64,000 nucleotides of DNA from assembly GCF_058153355.1 (NCBI RefSeq), contig NZ_CM177019.1; one strand, 5' to 3'. The translations under genes and the position numbers were made by a program. Numbering within the stretch: the stretch's first letter is position 1; every line of letters begins with the position of its first letter. Shown here piece after piece: positions 1 through 10,637 of the stretch. The notes under the pieces were generated by a model. It was not told where the DNA came from and did not search any database. It was given only the letters and a program-made list of their open reading frames with translations.

Positions 1-1925
1 CCGATTTCGTAAGCGTCCTGATACAGCGCCAGATTCTCGTTAGTCATAAACGGGGCAGGGTAGTAAACGCGTCCTGTTTTGCCTTCTTTGCGTATCTCTA
101 CTTTCGCCACAATCGGATGAATACTCGACGTGGCATGGTTGATATAAGAGATGGAACCGGTTGGCGGCACCGCCTGAAGATTTTGGTTGTATATGCCATA
201 GCGCATCACGTCGTCGCGCAGCTGCGCCCACATCTCACGGGTAGGTAACGTAATACCGCTGCGGGCAAACAGTTCGCCAACTTTCGCCGTTTTCGGCTGC
301 CAGTTCCCTTGCAGATATTGGCTGAAATATTCACCATTGGCATAGCGTGACTGTTTGAACCCGGCGAAGGTTTCACTGCGTTCGCGCGCCAGCAACATCG
401 AGGTACGCAGTGCGTGCCAGGTGATGGTATAGAAATAGAGATTGGTGAAATCCAGTGCTTCCGGCGAACCATAGGCGATGCCTTCTCGCGCCAGATAACC
501 GTGTAAATTCATCTGCCCCAGACCGATAGCGTGTGAGGCGGCATTTCCGGCTTCGATGGACGGCACGCTGCGAATATGACTCATATCTGACACCGCAGTT
601 AAACCGCGCACGGCAGTCTCTACCGTGCGGGCAAAGTCGGGGGAATCCATGGTGTGGGCAATATTCAACGAACCTAAATTGCAGGAAATATCATGGCCTG
701 TGCGGGCATAGTCGAGATTCTCGTCATACTCTGAGGCGCTGTTAACCTGCAAAATTTCTGAGCAGAGATTGCTCATATTTATGCGCCCGGCGATAGGGTT
801 AGCACGGTTAACCGTGTCTTCATACATGATGTAGGGATAGCCGGACTCAAACTGGATTTCTGCCAGTCGCTGGAAGAAATCACGGGCGTTGATGTATTTT
901 TTGCGGATTCGCTCATCGGCAACCAGTTCGTCATAGTGTTCACTGATGGCGATATCGGCAAACGGCTTGCCATAAACACGCTCAATGTCATAGGGCGAAA
1001 ACAGTGCCATCTGTGCATTCTCTTTTGCCAGATGGAAGGTGATATCCGGGATAACCACGCCCAGCGACAGTGTTTTAATGCGGATTTTCTCGTCGGCATT
1101 TTCCCGCTTTGTATCGAGAAAACGCAGAATATCGGGATGATGGGCATGTAAATAGACTGCGCCAGCACCCTGACGCGCGCCGAGCTGGTTGGCATAGGAA
1201 AATGCGTCCTCCAGCATTTTCATCACCGGAATCACGCCAGAAGATTGATTTTCAATACGTTTAATTGGCGCGCCCGCTTCCCGCAGATTCGACAGCAAAA
1301 ATGCCACGCCGCCGCCGCGTTTCGACAGTTGTAGTGCGGAATTTACTGCCCGGCCAATCGACTCCATATTGTCTTCAATACGCAGCAAAAAACAGGAAAC
1401 CAGTTCGCCACGCTGCTGTTTACCGCAGTTGAGGAATGTCGGTGTTGCAGGCTGAAAGCGTCCTGACAGCATCTCATCGGTCAGTTGCGTCGCCAGTGTT
1501 TCATCGCCTTGTGCCAGCGTCAGCGCCACCATCGTGACTCGATCGGCAAAATCTTCCAGATAACGCTTACCGTCGAATGTCTTCAACGTATAGCTGGTGT
1601 AAAACTTCCATGCTCCGAGGAATGTCTGAAAACGAAAACCGCTGGCGTGTGCGTGGGCAAACAGTGTAATGACAAAATCGCGAGAGTAGCGGTTGAGGAC
1701 GTTTTCATCATAGTAACCTTCGTTGACCAGCCAGTTCAGGCGCTGCTGCTGGCTACTGAAGGTCACACTGTTCGGGCGTACATGCGTCGCCATAAAGGCG
1801 TCAACGGCCTGGCGATCTTTATCGAACTGAATGCGACCTGCGCTATCGTAAAGGTTAAGCATCGCATTCAGAGCGTGGTAATCCATCGTTTCCTGCGTCA
1901 GGCGTTCTGCGGTTGTCGTTGCCAA
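1..1925 (-). CDS. nrdE: Class Ib ribonucleotide reductase alpha subunit NrdE, 3' end truncated by window edge (about residues 1-642)
   Basis: Minus-strand translation reads (M)[18 protein letters not shown] at 1925 (TTG start) down to ...[20 protein letters not shown] at position 1; matches recalled NrdE; follows nrdH-nrdI. Confidence 0.9.
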
Positions 1926-2308
1926 AATTCGGTTACTCCTTTACGAACGTTTTCGATATCGCTTTGCGTACCCATGAGTTCAAAGCGGTACAGCCACGGC
2001 ACGCCGCATTTCCGGGCTATCACATCTCCGGCGCGGCCATACGCCTCACCAAAGTTGCGATTACCCGAAGCAATAACGCCGCGAAGCAACGCCCGGTTGT
2101 GCTCGTCGTTTAAAAAGCGAATTACCTGTCGTGGCACCGCGCCAGCCGTACCGCCGCCGCCGTAAGAGGGCACGATCAGGATGTAAGGCTCGTCTACCTG
2201 AATCCGTTCCCGCTCATTGAGCGGGATGCGCACCGCGGGCAGTCCTAAACGTTCGATAAAACGCTGCGTATTTTCGGAGCTGCTGGAAAAGTAGACGAGT
2301 TGGCTCAT
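1898..2308 (-). CDS. nrdI: Flavodoxin-like NrdI
   Basis: 136-aa [25 protein letters not shown]...; sits between nrdH and nrdE. Confidence 0.9.
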
Positions 2309-2550
2309 GCACTGGCCGCGTGTGGCGCTGGATGCAGACGATTGATCATGTCCGGGCGGAAACCAGACCAGCTAAGATCGCCTGCAATCACTACCGGCAA
2401 CTGACGAAAGCCCTGCGCACGTAACGCTTCCGCCGCTTCAGGAACGCGATCGACATTAATCATTTCAAAATCAAAGCCCCGGTTTTCCATCGCCCGTTTG
2501 GTGGCGTGGCACTGAACGCAATCGTTACGAGTGTAAATAGTAATGCGCAT
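2305..2550 (-). CDS. nrdH: Glutaredoxin-like NrdH
   Basis: 81-aa [29 protein letters not shown]... with CVQC redox motif; overlaps nrdI start. Confidence 0.9.
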
Positions 2551-2653
2551 GATTCGTATTTCCGTTTAAAATGAAGATACGGCGCGATGATACGCGTCGG
2601 GTTGTCTCTCTGTTGATACAGAGATACTAGATGTAGTTGAAAAAAGATTCAAC

Positions 2654-2667
2654 CACACAATATATAG
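2654..2667. promoter_or_regulatory. Candidate NrdR box upstream of nrdHIE
   Basis: cACACAATATATAG resembles the palindromic NrdR box consensus; about 105 bp upstream of the nrdH start. Confidence 0.3.
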
Positions 2668-2796
2668 CAAATAGTGGTCGAAATTACCCTGGGTATGAGC
2701 GTGACGGGGTAGGGGGATTTTTGTGATTCACCAGACAAAAAGAAACCCCGAAATCAGGTTCCGGGGTCAAGACGCGTATTTATTATCATTGTTGCA

Positions 2797-3126
2797 CTAC
2801 GATTTGCGCATGCTTAACAGTGCGCCGATAAAAATACCTACCGCAGCTGCTGTACCCACGCTACACCAGGGTCTTTCACGAACAAAAGAATCCGCGCAGC
2901 CAACGGCATCGCGCGCGGCTTGCTGGACGCGAGTACGACCATGCATTCGCGCTCGGGTTTCTTTCAGTAGAGCCTGCGCTTTACTACGAGCGGCTTCGGC
3001 TTCCCCTTTGGCGTCGCTGCCCCAGGACTTCAATACAGACTCGAGACTGTCAGCCAATTGATTGACATCATTCTGGATATCCTGCACGCCATCATCGACG
3101 TCGTTGCGGTTCGGTCGGTTAAACAT
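2797..3126 (-). CDS. ygaM: ElaB/YgaM family (DUF883) membrane-anchored protein
   Basis: ORF MFNRPNRNDVDDGVQDIQ... with C-terminal TM helix; second ATG chosen because GGGGGA lies just upstream. Confidence 0.85.
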   Translation of the reverse strand: MFNRPNRNDVDDGVQDIQNDVNQLADSLESVLKSWGSDAKGEAEAARSKAQALLKETRARMHGRTRVQQAARDAVGCADSFVRERPWCSVGTAAAVGIFIGALLSMRKS

Positions 3127-3277
3127 ATGATCCCCCATTAGAATTCGATGTAATTTTCAGTGTAGACCATAATTTTCTTAACTGAGGTTCATCGCGGCTT
3201 TATGGACTTTTCTGAAAGCGTTGTGAATGCGCAATCAGGTAAGGTAGGCCCGCGGTTGATAATAACGAGGATCAAAT

Positions 3278-3622
3278 ATGTATTTACGACCAGACGAGGT
3301 GGCGCGCGTACTTGAAAAAGTCGGTTTTACTGTCGATGTGGTAACTCAGAAAGCGTATGGTTACCGCCGTGGGGAAAATTATGTCTATGTTAATCGCGAA
3401 GCGCGAATGGGACGTACCGCTCTGGTAATTCATCCAACATTAAAAGAACGCAGTTCAACACTGGCTGAACCCGCTTCCGATATTAAAACTTGCGATCATT
3501 ACCAGCAATTTCCGCTCTATTTAGCGGGTGAACGTCATGAGCATTACGGTATCCCACATGGCTTTAGTTCGCGTGTTGCGCTTGAACGTTATTTGAATGG
3601 TTTATTTGGCGAAGCCAGTTAA
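3278..3622 (+). CDS. ygaC: Uncharacterized protein YgaC
   Basis: 114-aa [23 protein letters not shown]...; K-12 synteny. Confidence 0.85.
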
Positions 3623-3658
3623 AGACGCGACTGGCGATGCCAGTCGCGAAAAGAAGGG

Positions 3659-4108
3659 TCAGGCTTTTACCTGCTGGTAACGGCTGACTTTGAACAGTCG
3701 GCGGCAATAATCGAGGAAGTAGCCATAAACCGCCCCCATCAACATCGAAACAACGATGTTTGAACTGACCGCCGCCATAATCTGGTGCCAGTCTGCGCCC
3801 ACCACTAACAAGATCGCCACATACACCGGTGACTGGAACGTTACATACGCCAGGATATCTGCCAGATTTTTTACCCAGCCCGACGTGCTAACTTTGCGTG
3901 CCGCGCGCATAAACAGATCGCGGTACATACCGTATGGCCATGCAATTAAGATGTTCACCGGAATCGCTACCAATCTGGAATAAATAGACTGTTCGAAGCT
4001 CATTCCGGAGAGGAAAACTTCAATACACATGTTCACGACAGAACAGTAAACAACCATCGCGAACGTATCTGCAACTGCATGACGCAAGCGTGACTGCGGT
4101 GAGAACAT
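3659..4108 (-). CDS. alaE: L-alanine exporter AlaE
   Basis: 149-aa membrane [28 protein letters not shown]... Confidence 0.9.
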   Translation of the reverse strand: MFSPQSRLRHAVADTFAMVVYCSVVNMCIEVFLSGMSFEQSIYSRLVAIPVNILIAWPYGMYRDLFMRAARKVSTSGWVKNLADILAYVTFQSPVYVAILLVVGADWHQIMAAVSSNIVVSMLMGAVYGYFLDYCRRLFKVSRYQQVKA

Positions 4109-4774
4109 GCTAATGCTCCTTAATAAAAGCGTAATGGGACATTAATAGAGATGAAAGCAGTGGATCTCATTGCCATCTGCATTTTCGCATAGCGTATATC
4201 GCTGGCTATGACTAATCAATTAGTGAAAAATTTTTATTTAATCTGTTTTTGTAGATAAAATATTCCGTAGCGGCGCGTTTTTTGTACGTTGTGGATTTTT
4301 ACGTGCCGATATACTTAATTTTCAATTAAATCAAATATATATGCATGTGACTTTATTTTCGCTAATGGAGGTTTGGGAGGAGGTTACGCCATAAGCGTAG
4401 AGAATTCGGTGAATGTAATGATTTGGTCATTTTCAGCATTTTTTATGCCAGATAATGCACAATGCCAGCAGAAAACACCAGTGAGATATACTTTTTACTA
4501 TTCAGTTTGATTGCATTTTTATTCATTTTTGTTTTGTTGGGCTTGAGGGGGGTGGTGAGCGGCGAGCGCCGGTCTGTTCATCGATAACCGAAATTACTCA
4601 TCAAAATGGCTAATATATAATCTTGAAATTATTCTGCGTGTCTCAGAAAATAACAGCTGAAATAATCTCATGAAGGACTGTAAATAGATTAAATTTTGTG
4701 GAAATATAATAAGTGATCGCTTACACTACGCGACGAAATACTTTTTGTTTTGGCGTTAAAAGGTTTCCTTTATT

Positions 4775-5179
4775 ATGTCCGTAATGTTACAAAGTCTAAA
4801 TAACATTCGCACTCTCCGTGCGATGGCTCGCGAATTCTCCATTGACGTTCTTGAAGAAATGCTCGAAAAATTCAGGGTTGTCACTAAAGAAAGACGTGAA
4901 GAAGAAGCACAGCAGCAGCGTGAATTGGCAGAGCGCCAGGAAAAAATTAGTACCTGGCTGGAGCTGATGAAAGCTGACGGAATTAACCCGGAAGAGTTAT
5001 TGGGTAATAGCTCTGCTGCTGCACCACGCGCTGGTAAAAAACGCCAGCCGCGTCCGGCGAAATATAAATTCACCGATGTTAACGGTGAAACTAAAACCTG
5101 GACCGGTCAGGGCCGTACACCGAAGCCAATCGCTCAGGCGCTGGCAGAAGGTAAATCTCTCGACGATTTCCTGATCTAA
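4775..5179 (+). CDS. stpA: H-NS paralog StpA
   Basis: 134-aa [36 protein letters not shown]...; AT-rich curved upstream region 4109-4774. Confidence 0.95.
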   Translation: MSVMLQSLNNIRTLRAMAREFSIDVLEEMLEKFRVVTKERREEEAQQQRELAERQEKISTWLELMKADGINPEELLGNSSAAAPRAGKKRQPRPAKYKFTDVNGETKTWTGQGRTPKPIAQALAEGKSLDDFLI

Positions 5180-5225
5180 TTACTGAGGCCGGATGTCGCT
5201 GCTATGGCGCGTCCGGCGTCGCTTC

Positions 5226-5750
5226 TCAAGCTTGTTGGTTCCACGGCATCTTATCTAACAACCTTGCCATCCCACAAAAACCGCTAATTCCTGCAAACAG
5301 TAACCCGGCACCAACAAAGCCACTTAATAAGAAGAAACCACTATTTACGGTATAACCCAGTACAACGCCGATTAATATTAAACCACCCGCGGCGATCTGC
5401 ACCTGGCGCATTAACGGCAAGGGTTGAGACTTATTTACCGCAACTGGCAATCCTGCTTTTTTCCAGCCATCAATCCCATCTTCGAGTAAAAAGATTTCTG
5501 CGGGTGCGGCAATCGCTGCTAATTTATCGGCGTTATTACTGGTGCGTTTACCTGCCTGGCAGTGGAAGATAATTTGCTCACGACGTAATTTAGCCGGAAG
5601 ACCTGACTGTTCGAGCACAGATAATGGAGCCAAATCTGCTTCAGGAATATGTTCACGAAGATATTCATCAGCATCACGAATATCGATTAAATTTGCGCCG
5701 CGTGCGATTAATTCTTGTGCACCGTGCGGCGAAATGGTTGTCAAAGCCAT
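5226..5750 (-). CDS. ygaP: Rhodanese-domain inner membrane protein YgaP
   Basis: 174-aa ORF with rhodanese CQAGKR motif and C-terminal TM helices. Confidence 0.9.
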   Translation of the reverse strand: MALTTISPHGAQELIARGANLIDIRDADEYLREHIPEADLAPLSVLEQSGLPAKLRREQIIFHCQAGKRTSNNADKLAAIAAPAEIFLLEDGIDGWKKAGLPVAVNKSQPLPLMRQVQIAAGGLILIGVVLGYTVNSGFFLLSGFVGAGLLFAGISGFCGMARLLDKMPWNQQA

Positions 5751-5759
5751 AGTGACTCC

Positions 5760-6059
5760 TTACGGACAATAGACATTTTTCAGGGTGGCGATAATGGCAT
5801 TTACCGCCTCATTTTTAATGGAATATAGAATGCGTTGGGCATCCCGTTGGCTGTCGATAAGCCCTTCGTCCCGCATACGAGCGAGATGCTGTGATGTTGC
5901 AGAGGCACTTAGTCCGGTAATGCGCGTCAGCTCTCCCGCGCTGGTGCCGGGTGAACCGCTAAGCATGCACAGAATCAGCAACCGTTTGGGGTGGCTCATT
6001 GCTTTCAATAAGGCCGCTGCCTGTTCGGCACTGGCCTGTAATTGCGCGAGTTCAGTCAT
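5760..6059 (-). CDS. ygaV: ArsR-family transcriptional repressor YgaV
   Basis: 99-aa ORF MTELAQLQASAEQAAALLKAMSHPKRLLILCML...; operon with ygaP. Confidence 0.9.
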   Translation of the reverse strand: MTELAQLQASAEQAAALLKAMSHPKRLLILCMLSGSPGTSAGELTRITGLSASATSQHLARMRDEGLIDSQRDAQRILYSIKNEAVNAIIATLKNVYCP

Positions 6060-6241
6060 AGTTATTTAAGTATTCTCTAAATTAAGTAAACTCTAAACTA
6101 AAAATACAACATATGCCAGCATCAGCCGCGTAAATGAGAGTAAAAGCGTAAGCTGAAACTGGCAGGCTCCGCTAAAATTACTACGCTTAAGAGATAAAAT
6201 CTCTTTTTAAACAATGAGTAATTTTCTTATAGGGAGTACAT

Positions 6242-6400
6242 ATGGGTTTCTGGAGAATCGTCATCACCATCATTCTGCCGCCGCTCGGCGTGCTGCTCGG
6301 TAAAGGGTTCGGTTGGGCGTTCATTATTAATATTCTGCTGACACTGCTTGGGTATATCCCCGGTTTGATTCACGCGTTCTGGGTGCAAACCCGCGATTAA
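6242..6400 (+). CDS. yqaE: Small membrane proteolipid YqaE (Pmp3 family)
   Basis: 52-aa ORF MGFWRIVITIILPPLGVLLGKGFGWAFIINILLTLLGYIPGLIHAFWVQTRD read directly; AGGGAG RBS at 6232-6237; absent from the ORF track (below 60 aa). Confidence 0.85.
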   Translation: MGFWRIVITIILPPLGVLLGKGFGWAFIINILLTLLGYIPGLIHAFWVQTRD

Positions 6401-6483
6401 ACCTGTCCTCACCCCCGCGGCGTTAACGCGCCGCGTTCCTCTGCTACACTTTCTGAGTGTTTCCGTTAACGAATGAGGTAGCT

Positions 6484-6933
6484 ATGGGTCTGTTCAATTT
6501 TGTGAAAGATGCCGGAGAAAAACTCTGGGACGCGGTTACAGGTCAGCACGATAAAGACGATCAGGCGAAGAAGGTGCAGGAGCATTTGAACAAAACCGGT
6601 ATACCTGATGCCGATAAAGTGAATATTCAAATTGCCGACGGCAAAGCGACGGTCACTGGTGACGGCTTAAGTCAGGAGGCGAAGGAGAAAATCCTTGTTG
6701 CGGTGGGGAATATTTCCGGTATTGCCAGTGTCGATGATCAGGTGAAAACGGCGACACCAGCCACTGCCAGCCAGTTTTATACCGTTAAGTCTGGCGACAC
6801 TCTGAGTGCCATTTCCAAACAGGTCTACGGTAACGCCAATCTGTACAATAAAATCTTCGAAGCGAATAAACCGATGCTAAAAAGCCCGGATAAAATTTAC
6901 CCGGGGCAAGTGTTGCGTATTCCTGAAGAGTAG
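6484..6933 (+). CDS. kbp: BON plus LysM domain K+-binding protein Kbp (YgaU)
   Basis: [21 protein letters not shown]... with C-terminal LysM motif [30 protein letters not shown]; internal start at Met10 of the track ORF. Confidence 0.85.
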
Positions 6934-7596
6934 TTAATTGCCAGCCATCGCCTGCTGGATAATGGGAATTGGCGTCAGTAAATGCTGGCGCATTAACTCA
7001 CTGGCGCGCGCGGTATCTCGCGCCAGTACCGCCGCAGTCAGGGTCTGGTGCTGATCGCGTTTATCCTCCAGCATTTCCACCGAAAGCACTGTTCGCCGCA
7101 GCCAGATAAATCGATAGCGCGCCGCCAGATCAAACAACCGTTCACGCATTTGCAGCAAATAGTGAGAACCACAGCCCGCCACAATTGCAGTATGAAACGC
7201 CTGATGACGCAGATCCCACTCATCAAGCATTTTCTCACTGGCGTCACAGGCCTCCAGCTTACTCAGCAGATGCGCTTTTGCGAGAACGTCTGCCTCCCAT
7301 TCATCGCCACCGCGGGCAATCGCCAGACTGACCAGCATCGCTTCCATATTGGCGCGGGCGTCGAAAATATCGAGCAGCTCCTGCTCTGACATAGACGTCA
7401 CCCGATACCCTTTTTGATTCACCACCGTGACCAGTCGTTCCGCCACCAGTTGCGAAAGGGCTTCCCGCAACGGCCCAACACCAAGAGCATAACGCGATGT
7501 CAGCACACTCATCCGTAATTTTTCATCCGGTTGAAAATTACCGCGAATAATATCGTTTTTCAGCCAGCGATAGCCATCCAGAGACGTAATGGTCAT
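6934..7596 (-). CDS. csiR: GntR-family regulator CsiR
   Basis: ORF MTITSLDGYRWLKNDIIRGNF... (220 aa from internal Met); directly downstream of gabP. Confidence 0.85.
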   Translation of the reverse strand: MTITSLDGYRWLKNDIIRGNFQPDEKLRMSVLTSRYALGVGPLREALSQLVAERLVTVVNQKGYRVTSMSEQELLDIFDARANMEAMLVSLAIARGGDEWEADVLAKAHLLSKLEACDASEKMLDEWDLRHQAFHTAIVAGCGSHYLLQMRERLFDLAARYRFIWLRRTVLSVEMLEDKRDQHQTLTAAVLARDTARASELMRQHLLTPIPIIQQAMAGN

Positions 7597-7616
7597 GGTG
7601 TGACTCCTGATCATTA

Positions 7617-9017
7617 TTAGCGCGTATTATGAACGGGTGTTTTTTGCCACAATACCAGTTTTTTCCAGCGCGCCATAATTGGCACGGTACAGATAATCCC
7701 TATCGCTAATAAGCCAGTGGAGATCACTTCTAACTGTTGCGCCGGGCGGAATAGCATCACTACCAACACAAAGGTAATAAAGCCGATTACCAGCCAGGTG
7801 AGCCACGGATAAAGCCACATCCGCAGGCGAATTTCGCTTCCTTCTGCTCGCAGAATTTTGCGCATCCGCAATTGTGAAACGGCGATGACTAAATAAACCA
7901 GCAGGGCGATAGCGCCGGAGCTGTCGATCAGAAATTTAAACACTTTCGCCGGTGCGTAATAGTTCACCACCACCGTTAAAAACGCCGCGCCGGTGGAGAG
8001 TAACACCGCCACGTACGGGGTTTTACTGCGGTTAATTTTGCCCATTACCGCGGGTGCATCACCGCGACGGCTTAAGGAGTAGAGCATCCTTGACGCGGTA
8101 TACAGCGCCGAGTTCAGGCAACTGGTTACGGAAAGTAATATCACGCAGTCCATGATTAATTTCGCATGAGGAATATTGAGTAATTCCAGTACCGAGCGAT
8201 AAGAACCCACGGCTTTCAGCCCCGGCATATTCCACGGAATTAATGCCACGACGACAAAAATAGAACACAAATAGAATATAGAAATACGCCAGATAACCGA
8301 GTTGGTGGCGCGGACAATATGTTTTTCCGGCGTGTCGGATTCCGCGGCGGCAATGGTGACAATTTCTGCGCCCATAAACGAGAACATGGTGATCAACATC
8401 GCGCTTAATACCGCACCGAAGCCATTGGGCATAAAGCCGCCGCTATCCCACAATCTTGAGATCCCGCTCACTTCGGCATAAGGGTAAAAACCGCTAATTG
8501 CGACTGCACCAAGGAAAATAAAGGCCAGGATAGCGATGACTTTGCACAGCGCCAGCCAGAACTCAAATTCGCCGTAGTTTTTAACGCTTAATAAATTACT
8601 GCCAGTTAAGGCGAGGGTAATGACGAGGGAAAATAACCAGATGGGAATGCCTGGAACCCACGAGTGCAGGATCATGGCGGCGATGTTGGCTTCCAGCGGG
8701 ATAACCAATACCCAAAACCACCAGTACAGCCAGCCGATGGTATAACCCGCCCAACGGCCAATAGCTTTATCGGCATAGGTGGAAAACGAACCCGTGTCGG
8801 GCGTGGCAACCGCCATTTCCGCCAACATCCGCATAATCATAACCACCAGTAATCCGGCGAACAGATAGGCCAGTAATACCGCCGGGCCCGCTTCGGCGAT
8901 GGCGACGCTGGAACCGACAAACAGACTTGCGCCGATAACACCGGCAATAGACAACATGGTGACGTGGCGTGACTTCAGCCCGCCGCCTAACTCATGTGGT
9001 TGCGATGATTGCCCCAT
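7617..9017 (-). CDS. gabP: GABA permease GabP (APC family)
   Basis: ORF MGQSSQPHELGGGLKSRHVTMLSIAG..., multi-TM; start set at recalled GabP N-terminus. Confidence 0.9.
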   Translation of the reverse strand: MGQSSQPHELGGGLKSRHVTMLSIAGVIGASLFVGSSVAIAEAGPAVLLAYLFAGLLVVMIMRMLAEMAVATPDTGSFSTYADKAIGRWAGYTIGWLYWWFWVLVIPLEANIAAMILHSWVPGIPIWLFSLVITLALTGSNLLSVKNYGEFEFWLALCKVIAILAFIFLGAVAISGFYPYAEVSGISRLWDSGGFMPNGFGAVLSAMLITMFSFMGAEIVTIAAAESDTPEKHIVRATNSVIWRISIFYLCSIFVVVALIPWNMPGLKAVGSYRSVLELLNIPHAKLIMDCVILLSVTSCLNSALYTASRMLYSLSRRGDAPAVMGKINRSKTPYVAVLLSTGAAFLTVVVNYYAPAKVFKFLIDSSGAIALLVYLVIAVSQLRMRKILRAEGSEIRLRMWLYPWLTWLVIGFITFVLVVMLFRPAQQLEVISTGLLAIGIICTVPIMARWKKLVLWQKTPVHNTR

Positions 9018-9104
9018 CCTGAATCCTCTCGAAAGTGTGACACTTGGGAGAGCGGCCCGACATTTCCCGCGTCGGGTCACGCGTTTAATTGTTATTGGTT
9101 CTTT

Positions 9105-9335
9105 TTGCCGGAGAGCGGCTCCGCCTTATCCGGCCGACATAGATTTATTCCTGTTCACGTACAGATTGTTGGATGCGGCGTAAACGCCTTATCCGACCTG
9201 GATTCTCGTAGGCCGGACAAGACGCGAAGCGTCGCCTCCGGCATGGTGCGCCGAATGTCGGATGCGGCGTAAACGCCTTATCCGACCTACATTTCCGTAG
9301 GCCGGACAAGACGCAAAGCGTCGCCTCCGGCATGG
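9105..9335. repeat. Cluster of REP (BIME-like) elements between gabP and gabT
   Basis: Repeated GCCGGATGCGGCGTAAACGCCTTATCCGACCTAC and GTAGGCCGGACAAGACGCnAAGCGTCGCCTCCGGCATG units in alternating orientation. Confidence 0.75.
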
Positions 9336-9343
9336 GTGCGGTG

Positions 9344-10624
9344 CTACTGCTTCGCCTCATCAAAACACTGGCTGATGATCTCCAGACCCTGACGGATCTG
9401 AGCATCTTCAATAGTGAGCGGGACAAGGATGCGCAGCACGTTGTAATACGGGCCGCAGGAGAGAAGAATCAGGCCTTTATCGCGGGCGCGCGCCACGATA
9501 TCGGCGGTGAGTTTGGCGTCAGGTTTACTGTGATCGCCACCTTCAAACAGCTCGATAGCAATCATCGCCCCCAGCCCGCGAACGTCGCCTACCTCAGTGT
9601 GTTTTTCGGCGATCGCCAGCAATCCGTCTTTCAGCTTTTGCCCCAGATCGTTGGCTTTTTGCAGCAGATTTTCCTGTTCAAACACCTTCAACACTTCCAG
9701 CGCCGCGACGCAGGCAATCGGGTTACCCGCATAAGTGCCGCCTAAGCCGCCCGGAGCGACAGCGTCCATCACTTCGGCGCGCCCGGTGACGCCCGCCAGC
9801 GGGAAGCCGCCTGCGATCGATTTCGCAAAGGTGGTGAGATCCGGCGCCACGCCCATCTGTTCCATCGCAAACAGCGTGCCGGTACGCCCCGCGCCGCTCT
9901 GCACTTCATCGGCAATCAACATGATCCCGTGCTCGTCACACAGCGCGCGTAAGCGCTGCATAAAGGCTGGCGTCGCGGCGTAGAAACCGCCTTCGCCCTG
10001 AACCGGCTCAATCACGATGGCTGCGATATCTTCCGGCGCGGCGTCATTTTTGAAGATCCGGTGGATGCTGGCGATAGCGTCATCTTCACTGATGCCGTGC
10101 AGCGGACACGGATAAAGCGCGCGATAAACATGCCCTGGCATCAGGCCCATACCCGCAGAGTACGGATTCACCTTGCCGGTCAGCGCCAGCGTGTAGTGCG
10201 TACGCCCGTGATATGCACCGCTAAAGGCGATGGTGCCGCTACGTTTGGTGGCGGCGCGGGCGATTTTCACCGCGTTTTCCACCGCTTCGGAACCAGTCGT
10301 CACCAGCAGCGTTTTTTTTGCGAAATCGCCCGGCACCTTCTGATTCATAATCTCGCACAGCTCCAGATACGGCTCGTAAGCCAACACCTGGAAGCAGGTG
10401 TGCGACAGTTTTTTCAACTGCGCTTCCACCGCCGCAACCACTTTCGGATGCAGGTGCCCGGTATTGAGCACCGCAATCCCGCCCGCGAAATCAAGATACT
10501 CACGGCCTTCAACGTCCCACACCCGGCAGTTTTCCGCGCGGTCAGCGAAAATGGGGTGAATTTGCCCAACGCCACGAGGAACTGCCTGACTACGGCGCTG
10601 CATTAACTCTTTATTGCTGCTCAT
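9344..10624 (-). CDS. gabT: 4-aminobutyrate aminotransferase GabT
   Basis: 426-aa ORF MSSNKELMQRRSQAVPRGVG..., PLP aminotransferase class III. Confidence 0.95.
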   Translation of the reverse strand: MSSNKELMQRRSQAVPRGVGQIHPIFADRAENCRVWDVEGREYLDFAGGIAVLNTGHLHPKVVAAVEAQLKKLSHTCFQVLAYEPYLELCEIMNQKVPGDFAKKTLLVTTGSEAVENAVKIARAATKRSGTIAFSGAYHGRTHYTLALTGKVNPYSAGMGLMPGHVYRALYPCPLHGISEDDAIASIHRIFKNDAAPEDIAAIVIEPVQGEGGFYAATPAFMQRLRALCDEHGIMLIADEVQSGAGRTGTLFAMEQMGVAPDLTTFAKSIAGGFPLAGVTGRAEVMDAVAPGGLGGTYAGNPIACVAALEVLKVFEQENLLQKANDLGQKLKDGLLAIAEKHTEVGDVRGLGAMIAIELFEGGDHSKPDAKLTADIVARARDKGLILLSCGPYYNVLRILVPLTIEDAQIRQGLEIISQCFDEAKQ

Positions 10625-10637
10625 TCGCGTTCTCCAG

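Noticed and set aside
1485-2165. 226-aa plus-strand ORF
   Set aside because: Antisense to the well-supported nrdE/nrdI coding sequence; no independent signal
9105-9335. Possible CRISPR array between gabP and gabT
   Set aside because: Repeats are REP/BIME palindromic units in alternating orientation without unique spacers
10061-10606. 181-aa plus-strand ORF inside gabT
   Set aside because: Antisense to gabT; long antisense ORFs are common in GC-rich genes
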